The position numbers and the translations under genes were made by a program. The notes beneath the pieces are model-generated. The model was given only the letters and a program-made list of their open reading frames with translations. It ran no database searches and was not told the origin of the DNA. Shown here piece after piece: positions 21,101-28,454 of a stretch of 64,000 bases of DNA (within the stretch, counting starts at the first letter, position 1; every line of letters starts with the position of its first letter). The stretch comes from Bryobacterales bacterium (GTDB lineage: Bacteria; Acidobacteriota; Terriglobia; Bryobacterales; UBA6623), in contig OY729427.2 in the NCBI GenBank assembly GCA_963422375.2, positions 288,001 to 352,000 on the forward strand, in the 5' to 3' direction.

Positions 21101-21454
21101 GAGGACGACGTCGAAGGTGGCAGTCTGATTGACCACCAGCGCGAACGGCTCGATGGCAGCGGTCCGGAACCCGTCCGTGGCGACTTCGATGGTGTAGTAG
21201 CCCGGCGGAATGTTGACGAAGACATAGCGTCCGACCGCGCTGGTCTCGGTCCGGCGCTCGATGCCGGTCTCCACGCTGGTCAGCAGGACCTCGCCGCCGG
21301 GCACGACAGCGCCCTGCTGGTCGGAGACCGTGCCATTGACACCCGAGCTGGATGCCTGCCCGAACGCCGCGGCCACGAAGGCCACTAGGAGACAGGCTGC
21401 CACTGTTGCTCCGCGCAACTCCGGAGAAGACCGTAGGTGTCTAACAGCTGTCAT
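18113..21454 (-). CDS. TonB-dependent receptor (Oar-like, N-terminal carboxypeptidase-regulatory-like domain)
   Basis: GTVSDQQGAVVPG, LPLNGRNFTQL, IDAIQEFKVQ, NVVTKSG, QPRLGLAY, C-terminal RQIQMGLKLYF. Confidence 0.95.
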   Translation of the reverse strand: MTAVRHLRSSPELRGATVAACLLVAFVAAAFGQASSSGVNGTVSDQQGAVVPGGEVLLTSVETGIERRTETSAVGRYVFVNIPPGYYTIEVATDGFRTAAIEPFALVVNQTATFDVVLEVGAVTESVTVEAIGAQVQSSSSELGTAMTEQQVVDLPLNGRNFTQLLMLTPGASPVNVAQSRGGFGSTSVGTFSFPSINGQNNRSNLFLTDGVNNQGTMTSTYAVPPIIDAIQEFKVQSHNDLAEFGSVTGGVVNVVTKSGANKVSGSGWWFHRNDNLDARNTFLKDKASLVQNMFGATIGGPVVRNRTFYYAAVQRFTNRAPANRNYQVPTAANRGGDLSDSSRQIFDPYSTTVGPDGKAVREPFGNNFIPPSRLDAGFLYYLEQTVPMPISLGTDLGNLNQRDTTGTALDQDEYSGRIDHRFSDADAAFVRVSGQFSNQTGSAGRQGLTSFVDIENLNVAANWVHTFDPTSILQVSFARTDVKRDTGNSFANVPDGFISTVGWNPEFAGGFRGGTSYVPNVGVAQYFGGGERIGYTRTSDTWQYKGDYTKIAGNHTFKIGAEYNIIGHFGRTNDHTNNFSTVGTASPASPGSTGHPLASFLLNVPNAWSRRDFHKRARGGALYSFFAQDSWKVTPKLTVNIGLRLDATVLPRFGNPEENSVEFGNIDYNDGIYWITAAPPTCEVKRVAPCLPDPSGALPDRVQVAANGYVQDPWPKSWQPRLGLAYRLTERTAIRLSTGVFFDNFAGVTQNTQNLGHTWPDVGRKLQNGTNPADTVPNVSAKNPAPTGILPTATPYNQGAWYSDPRMDNGYSMTWNFGIQRQLDDATMLQVNYVGSGNRRMPLGTYYNVALTPGKPSEARQRAPFPLFRANNYLTSWGRSNYHSLQAQYNRRFSKGLAFMVNYTWAKSIDIGCSGWFVENCSQQNPYNFNLDRSVSGIDLTHNLNFNWVYELPFRFDSPALQAILGGWKFNGLALFTSGQPYTPNVNGDIAGTGLPNGRYRPDYVGDPNPSNPTPAVWLNKAAFAVPQTGTFGNAGRNSLRADGINNVDFSFFKIFSFTETFRMEYRVEFFNGFNSPQYAAPSSNISRGNFGRVLGTANRSRQIQMGLKLYF

Positions 21455-21737
21455 GCATACTCCTCTTTAACTATGCGAACCTTCGGAGTCCCATGGAGCG
21501 CTCCAAGGCCCCATAGTCCACGCCCACCATAGGCAGTCTAGAGCCTAGCGGTCCGCTTCGTCAACCGCTGACTCGCCGGGCGCCCTCGCGACGCGCCGCG
21601 AGAGCCGACCGCAAGAACCGGATGGCCGGCGACAATGGAGCGAGACCGCGCCACGTCCGAACCGCGCCGCACGGCATGGCACCCTCTCGCCAGAAGACCT
21701 CGGCCGGAATCAGTCGCGTGGCGGGCCCGTCTCCGGC

Positions 21738-23507
21738 ATGACTCCGCGGACCTCCCGCCCGGCCCGCGCGGCTTGGATGGCGACGCTCGCCGCGACGATT
21801 CTCGGCCTGGCGGGGGAGCGCCTGCCGCTGCAGGCGCAGGGGATGTCCACCGCGAGGAGGACTGCGCTGCCCCAAGCCGCACTGCCCGAGGGGGTAATCC
21901 CGCCTCGCGCCGACTTCGCGGATATCGCGGACTCGGCGGGTCTCGGCAGCCACGATCGGGGCGTTCCGCTCGGGACCATGACCTATCTCCCCGAGACCAC
22001 TGGAACCGGCGTCGCTCTCGTTGACTACGACGGCGACGGCCTCCTGGACATCTTCCTCGTCGGAACCGGACGCAGCCCGGCCGACACCGAGGGACGGGCG
22101 CACGCCCTCTACCGGAACCTCGGGGACCTGCGCTTCCGCGACGTAAGCGACGAGGCAGGCCTCGAAGCCACCGGATGGGGCCAAGGAGCATGCGCGGGAG
22201 ACTTCGACGCGGACGGGCGCACGGATCTATTCGTCACTCACTGGGGACAGGACGCACTGCTCCGAAACGTCGCGGGGCAGGGCTTCCGAAACGAGGCCGC
22301 CGAGCGCGGACTGGCGGATGCCCCGTCCCGCTGGAGCAGCGGGTGCAGCTTCCTGGACTTCGACCTCGACGGCGACCTGGACCTGTTCGTGGCGCACTAC
22401 GTGGACTTCGACCCGGAGACCACACCGCTGCCGGGCGAGGCCCCGCAGTGCGAGTGGAAGGAGGTGCCAATCCCCTGCGGGCCGCGCGGCCTGCCCGCCG
22501 AGTCGATGGCTCTCTTCGCGAATGACGGCGAGGGGCGGTTCTCCGAGGTCTCCGAGAGCGCCGGCATCCGGACCGCCAAGCGGTTCCACGGCCTGGGCGT
22601 GCTCGCCTCCGACTTCGACGGGGACGGGTGGACCGACGTCTTCGTGGCGTGCGATTCGACCGCGAACCTACTGTTCCGAAACCGCGGCAATGGTGGCTTC
22701 GAGGAGATCGGCCTGGAGTCCGGAGCGGCCTACAACGAGGACGGCCAAGAGCAGGCCGGCATGGGAGTCGCAGCGGCGGACTACGACGGCGACGGCATCT
22801 TGGACCTCGTCGTGACGAACTTCGCCGACGACGCCAACACGATCTACCAAGGACGGGGGAACGCTCGGTTCCGAGACCGGACCGTGCGCGCTGGACTGGC
22901 GACCGTGACGGCCTTCGTGGGGTGGGGCACGGAATTCGTCGACTTCGACAGGGACGGCTGGCCGGACATCTTCGCAGGCAACGGACATGTCGCTCCGAGC
23001 GTGGACGGGGCGGGCATCGGCGAGAGCTTCGCCCAGCCCAGCCTACTGTTCTGGAATCGAGGGGACGGCATGTTCCACTCCATCTCGGACTCGGCGGGCC
23101 CCGGCGTGTCGGTCCCGCGCCCGTCGCGCGGCGCGGCTACCGGCGACCTAGACAACGACGGCGACGTCGAGATCGTGGTCGTGAATGCGGACGGCCCGCC
23201 CTCCCTGCTACAGAACCGGGACGCCGCGGCCGGGAACTGGCTGACAGTGCGAGCCGTGTCACGAGCCGGAAGCGACGCGGTCGGCGCGCGCGTCTCAGTG
23301 AGCGCCGGGGGCCGCCTACTCGCCGGCGAGGTTCGCAGCGGTGGGAGCTACCTGTCCCAGGGGGACCTCCGGCTGCACTTCGGGCTGGGCGCGGCGGACA
23401 CGGCGACCGTCAAGGTCACCTGGCCGACCGGGGAATCGAGCGCGCCCCGGGAAGTCCGGGGCAACCAGATGGTCACGCTCCGCGAGGGCGCGCAGAGCTT
23501 GCCATAA
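21738..23507 (+). CDS. CRTAC1-family protein (FG-GAP repeats + ASPIC/UnbV)
   Basis: DYDGDGLLD, DFDADG, PCGPRGLP, EQAGMG, SRGAATGDLDNDG, SGGSYLSQGDLRLHFGLG. Confidence 0.93.
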   Translation: MTPRTSRPARAAWMATLAATILGLAGERLPLQAQGMSTARRTALPQAALPEGVIPPRADFADIADSAGLGSHDRGVPLGTMTYLPETTGTGVALVDYDGDGLLDIFLVGTGRSPADTEGRAHALYRNLGDLRFRDVSDEAGLEATGWGQGACAGDFDADGRTDLFVTHWGQDALLRNVAGQGFRNEAAERGLADAPSRWSSGCSFLDFDLDGDLDLFVAHYVDFDPETTPLPGEAPQCEWKEVPIPCGPRGLPAESMALFANDGEGRFSEVSESAGIRTAKRFHGLGVLASDFDGDGWTDVFVACDSTANLLFRNRGNGGFEEIGLESGAAYNEDGQEQAGMGVAAADYDGDGILDLVVTNFADDANTIYQGRGNARFRDRTVRAGLATVTAFVGWGTEFVDFDRDGWPDIFAGNGHVAPSVDGAGIGESFAQPSLLFWNRGDGMFHSISDSAGPGVSVPRPSRGAATGDLDNDGDVEIVVVNADGPPSLLQNRDAAAGNWLTVRAVSRAGSDAVGARVSVSAGGRLLAGEVRSGGSYLSQGDLRLHFGLGAADTATVKVTWPTGESSAPREVRGNQMVTLREGAQSLP

Positions 23508-23626
23508 CGCTCGGACCCGACCCTGCCAGCCGCTCGCTCGCCTGCCTCCGGCCCGCGGCGGGCGCTGCCCCGCCAGCGGCGACGCAGCTGCGAGCGGGAT
23601 CCGGAGCGAGCCGCCATTCGGCCACC

Positions 23627-24899
23627 GAGCGCGTCAAGTGTCTTTGCGCGGAATCCTTGATGCTGCTTGACACTGGATTCTTGATCTCTGGGACTGAATC
23701 CAGCGAGCGCTCTAGCCACATTCCAAGAGCGCGGGTACTGTCGGAAGTCCGGTTACGCCCGGATCGACGCCGTGCTTGGCTGGCTTTACGACAAGGTGTT
23801 GGAGGAGCGCAAGAAGGCATGGGACGAAGACAAGCGCAACCTCTCGTGTTCCGACCAGCGCAGCCGGCTGCCGGAACTCCGCAAGGCGGAGCCGGCGATG
23901 CTCGGCAGCGCCTACGCGGAGGCGATCGAAGCCACGCTCGCACGGGTGGACAAGGCATTCAAGGCGTTCTTCCGGCGGTGCAGGACTGGCGAGAAGCCGG
24001 TCTACCCGCGGTCCAAGCCCGCTAGCACGTTCCGCACGATCGAGTGCTTGCGCCCGCCACGGCGCTGGAGGCGCGGCGGCGGGTACGTCCCGCGCATCAA
24101 GGTCCTGCCGCAGATCAAGATCAAGCCGCAGCGCGGGTTGCCGAGCCTCGAGCCGCAGTTCGTCCGCATCACCCGCACGGACGCAGGGATCAAAGTGAAC
24201 TTGGAGCTCCACGGCGTCCGCAAGCTGCCTCTGCCGCCGTCCGCATCCGCCGCGGGCATCGACCCGGGCGTCGCGGATCAGGTCGCAACCAGCGATGGCG
24301 AGCGTATCCGAGGCGTTGACGACACGGAGCATCGCAAGGCGACCCGCGAGCGCAGCCGTGCGGCCGCCCGCTCGAAGAAGGGACGCAGGACGCGCAAGAA
24401 GCGGGTGCGGGCACTCGGCACGTGTCCAAGCGCAACGCCTGCCATCGCAAGCCCGCGCGACCGGTCCGGAAGCACGGCACCCTCGTGGGCGAGGATCTGG
24501 CCGTCGAGACCATGACGCGTTCCGCGAAGGGCACCGCCGAGACGCCCGGAACGAACGTCAAGCAGAAGGCTGGACCGCATCGCTCGATCCCGAGCCAGTC
24601 CCGGGGATTGCTGCCAAGGCAGCTTGCGTACAAGGCCGGATGGGCCGGTCGCAGGTCCGAGCAGGTCCATCCCGCCCATACGTCGCAGCGGTGCCATCGA
24701 TGCGCCGAAGCGGACGGCTCGAATCGCAAGGGCAAGCGGTACGCCTGCAAGCGCCGCAGCCGCTCGGGCGATGCGGACGTCAGTGCGGCGATCAACGCGT
24801 TGCAGGCCCTGAATTCGCCTGCGGCAGCTTCCAACCGCGGCAATGGTCGCGGTGCTGCCAGGAATCGTCTCGGCCAGCAACGACTCCTGACACGTTCAG
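23627..24899 (+). mobile_element. Non-autonomous IS200/IS605 (tnpB-only) element, copy 2
   Basis: Starts at the shared GAGCGCGTCAAG motif. Inverted repeats at 23631-23638/23656-23663 and 23673-23680/23696-23703. Similarity to copy 1 ends at TCAG 24896-24899. Confidence 0.65.
23694..24899 (+). pseudogene. tnpB: tnpB pseudogene (frameshift near 24420)
   Basis: TFQERGYCRKSGYARIDAVLGWLYDK...KPVYPRSK...GIDPGV in one frame; VGEDL...PAHTSQRCHRC...DADVSAAINAL in another. No canonical start codon. Confidence 0.88.
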
Positions 24900-24911
24900 T
24901 AGCATATTGCC

Positions 24912-26309
24912 ATGCCAAGGCTGTCAAGACGAACTTTCCTCGGCGCGGCCGGAGGGGCGCTGGGCGCGGCGGGCCGGGCTCGGGCGCAAGCGCGCAAGCC
25001 CAACGTCGTCATCATCTACACCGACGACCAAGGCACCCTGGACGCAGGTTGCTACGGCTCCGACGACATCCACACGCCGAACATCGACGCGCTGGCAAGA
25101 CGCGGCGTCCGCTTCACGCAGGCCTACGCCCATACGGTCTGCTGCCCGTCCCGCTCGCAACTGCTGACGGGGCGTGTGCCGCAGCGCTCCGAGGTGATCA
25201 ACTGGCTGTCCAACCACCCTCTTGACGAGAACGGACGCAACATGCTCGCCAGCGAGATCACGCTGGCCGAGGTGCTTCGCGACAACGGCTACCGCACGGG
25301 ACTGTCGGGCAAGTGGCACCTGGGAGCGAAGCCCGGCCACCAGCCTCTCGACCAGGGCTTCGACGAGGCGTTCGGGCATCTGGGCGGGTTCATCGACAAC
25401 TTCGAGCACAAGTTCATGCACTCGAACCCCCGGCGGCCCCCGTTTCACGACCTTTACCGGAACGGCGAGGAGGTCGACGAGACCGGCAGGTACTTCCCCG
25501 ACCTAGTCGTGCGCGAGGCGACCCGATTCATCGTCGAGAACAAGGACCGCCCCTTCTTCCTGTACTGCGCGTTCAACGTGCCGCACTACCCCGAGCAGTC
25601 GGATCCGAAGTTCCAAAAGATGTACGACAGCATGGCGATGCCCCGCCGGTCGTACGCCTCGATGATCACCACCACCGACGACCGGATCGGACAGGTGCTC
25701 CACGCCTTGGATCTGTGGGGCCTGCGAGACAACACCATCGTTCTGTTCATGAGCGACAACGGGCACTCGACGGAGGAGTTCCGCAACTGGGACGTGAACT
25801 ACGGCGCGAACGGGGGCGGCGGCAACACCGGCCGTTGGCGCGGCGCCAAGGCCAGCATGTTTGAAGGCGGCATCCGCGTGCCGGCGATCCTCAGCCTGCC
25901 TGGCACGCTCCCCGCGGGCGAGACCCGCGATCAGGCGATCTCGAACATGGACTGCTTTCCTACGATCCTCGAGCTGTGCGGCATCGAGCCGCCCGACTAC
26001 GAGATCGACGGCTCGAGCCTGCGGTCCGTGCTGGAGTCGGCGAGCGCGCCCTCCCCACACCCGGTCTTCCATTGGATGTGGCAGACGCAGTGGGCGGTGC
26101 GGGAAGGCGCCTGGAAGCTGATCGGCAACGGCCGAGACACCACCGGGCTGCAGTCGAGGCACGCTCCGCGCAAGGAGATGGGCGAGCTATATCTCGCTAA
26201 CCTTGCCGACGAGCTGCCGGAGTCGGTCGATCACGCCCGGGACCGGCCGGACGTGGTAGCGAGGCTGAAGAGGCTGCACGACGACTGGCTCCGCCAAGTC
26301 ACTCCCTGA
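24912..26309 (+). CDS. Tat-exported sulfatase (formylglycine-dependent)
   Basis: SRRTFL Tat motif, PNVVIIYTDD, CCPSR, GKWHLG, SDNG, FEGGIRVP. Confidence 0.95.
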   Translation: MPRLSRRTFLGAAGGALGAAGRARAQARKPNVVIIYTDDQGTLDAGCYGSDDIHTPNIDALARRGVRFTQAYAHTVCCPSRSQLLTGRVPQRSEVINWLSNHPLDENGRNMLASEITLAEVLRDNGYRTGLSGKWHLGAKPGHQPLDQGFDEAFGHLGGFIDNFEHKFMHSNPRRPPFHDLYRNGEEVDETGRYFPDLVVREATRFIVENKDRPFFLYCAFNVPHYPEQSDPKFQKMYDSMAMPRRSYASMITTTDDRIGQVLHALDLWGLRDNTIVLFMSDNGHSTEEFRNWDVNYGANGGGGNTGRWRGAKASMFEGGIRVPAILSLPGTLPAGETRDQAISNMDCFPTILELCGIEPPDYEIDGSSLRSVLESASAPSPHPVFHWMWQTQWAVREGAWKLIGNGRDTTGLQSRHAPRKEMGELYLANLADELPESVDHARDRPDVVARLKRLHDDWLRQVTP

Positions 26310-26878
26310 TCTCACCGGCCTCCTCTCGCAGGCCCGTCCGACCCGCCCGCCGATTGTGACGCCACGGCGACGGTCGCTCCCTTGTGAGAGCCGGGAGGTC
26401 CGAACCTCCTTTGGAGGCCGTCGATAGCCCCTGCAGCAGGTGGGGCTGGCACCTCGCGCGGCCGGCGCTGCCCGGCGAGCACCGGGCGGTCGCCGGCCGC
26501 CGAATCTGTTCGCCTTCCCGGGCCGAAGGGAGCGGATCCGGCTGCCGACCGGATAAGGGGCAGGCCTCAGCCGGCTCCCGAGTTCCGATCGAGAGGGGCA
26601 AGCGCGACCGATATTCCCGCGCGACAGGCCTCCGATTGCTCCTCGTTCGCTTTGCTCGTTGTTCGTGCGCTGGAGGGTGCTACCGCCCGCCGGAGCCTGC
26701 CGGCCTCCGTTCGAGCCCGAGCGGTGGGAGGCCGGTTCCGCTGGTGGCTCGCTGGATGAGGTCCCGACGGCCCGGGATCCCGTCGCGAGTACCGATTCCC
26801 CCGGACTGGACCGCTGCGAGTGCGCGTCTTGGGGCTCATCAAGGCCTCGGAAGCGCCGCCCTGCAAGGAAGGCCCCGG

Positions 26879-26942
26879 TTTTCCAAAAACATTACTGGAA
26901 ATAAAACAAGACGATAGTATAAAATGAATATAAAAGAACAAG
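26879..26942 (+). promoter_or_regulatory. AT-rich promoter/operator block upstream of the DUF932 gene
   Basis: Very AT-rich block in about 70% GC DNA; TTCCA-N10-TGGAA; TATAAAA repeated with 11-bp period (26918, 26929). Confidence 0.55.
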
Positions 26943-27056
26943 CCGTGCTGCCGCGCAGTGGGCCGCTCCACCCTCGCCGGGCGGGATCAAGACCCCGAAC
27001 GCCATGCTCTGTCGCGTCGAGCGCGTGCCGTCCGGCTTCAAGCGATGAGGACAGCA

Positions 27057-28066
27057 ATGCCACACAGCAACTTCCATCCAGCACCCCCAAAGACCTGGCC
27101 GAGGATCTCCGCATTCGAGAAGCTGAGATTCCCAGTTCGGGAGGCCAGCCTCTTCGCAGCGCTGGGAGATGAAGGCGACGCATTCCCGGCAAGAAGGCGA
27201 TCATCAACGCGGCCGACGGCAGCGTGATCTCAGTCGTCAGCAAGGGCTACCGGATCGTGTCGAACGAGACGGCCCTATTGGTGGCGCGCAAGTGCTGCAA
27301 GGCAGCCTTCCCCGAATTCCGGGAAGACTCCTGGAAGGTCGGGCGGGTCGACGCACCGTCGACCCGAGCGCACTGCCACTTCGACCTGGTCCAATCCTCG
27401 GCCGAATTGGAGTTCACCGGCGTCGAGGCGGCAAAGCGGCCCGATCGGTACGGACTCTTCGTCCGCGTGACCAACAGCTACGACTGCAAGTACGCCCTGC
27501 GGATCGACTTCGGCTTCCTGCGGAAGGTCTGCAGCAACGGGTTGATCCTTGCTGTGTCTGTGATCAGCTTCAGGTTCAGCCACAACAGCCGGAACTTAGA
27601 AGAACGCATGCGGGTCGTGGCCTCGGGCGACGCATTCCAGAAACTGCGGGAGAAGCTGTTCGGCTACCTCGAGCCCCTTAACGGGTGGGGCGTTCCGGTG
27701 GATTACTTCGTTCCCATCACGTGGGCTGCCCTGCGCCTCGGCGGGGCCGCGCCGACCTCGCGCCGCAGGAGCGAGCACTGGGAAGACGTCTACGAACGCT
27801 GCGAAGAGCTCTCGCAGAGCTACGCCGACGACCTCGGCGACAACGGCTACGCGCTATTCAACGTCATCACCGACGTGGCGTCGAAGCCTTGGGGCATCGG
27901 CCTAGGGGCAGTCGAGACCGACCCGCTGCAAAGGAGGGCGGGCCGCTGGCTGGCCGGCGTCCACCGCGAGCTCAGCTCGGGCGGCAACCCTGTCCGCGAG
28001 AGTCCTGCGAGCCTCGCCACCAACGGCAGGGGACGGCCCTTCGCGGACGGCGCACGAACGATGTGA
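27057..28066 (+). pseudogene. DUF932 (phage/plasmid-type) domain protein, frameshifted near 27175
   Basis: GAGGA RBS and ATG 27057 (MPHSNF...FPVREASLFA). Continues in another frame as RIPGKKAIINAADGSVISVVSKGYRIVSNE...NSYD...GFLRKVCSNGLI...FSH...NGYALFNVITD. Confidence 0.75.
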
Positions 28067-28454
28067 CAGGCTGCAGCCCGGAATCGAGCGCGTCTCGCGT
28101 ACGGGATCTCGACTCCAGATTGAAGCGGGCGCTCGCTCTGGCCGAGCACCGCCGCCATGGCCAGGAGCCGCTTGGAACTCTCGCGGACTGCCCGAAGCTC
28201 CGACGGCCGCGGCACAGCCGCCGCGCCGCGTGGAGCCGGTAGCGGCGATGGCTGTGCCAGAGTCGCTCCGTCAAGGCCGGACGGGCCTGCAAGTCCCCCA
28301 TGAGGCGGAGGGCGCGGAAACGGACAGCCTCCATCGTGGCGCTCGCCATGCAGATGGACGAGGCTGGGAGGCGACAGGTTCAGCCGGAGGGCGGCGGCGG
28401 GCCTGCACTCGGTAGGGACTCGAGACTGCGCCGCGGACGCTGCAGTTCGCCAGA

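Noticed and set aside
23627..24899. IStron (group I intron plus IS605), suggested by the TCAG end
   Set aside because: Under 100 nt lie between the left motif and tnpB, too short for a group I core, and the insertions are intergenic.
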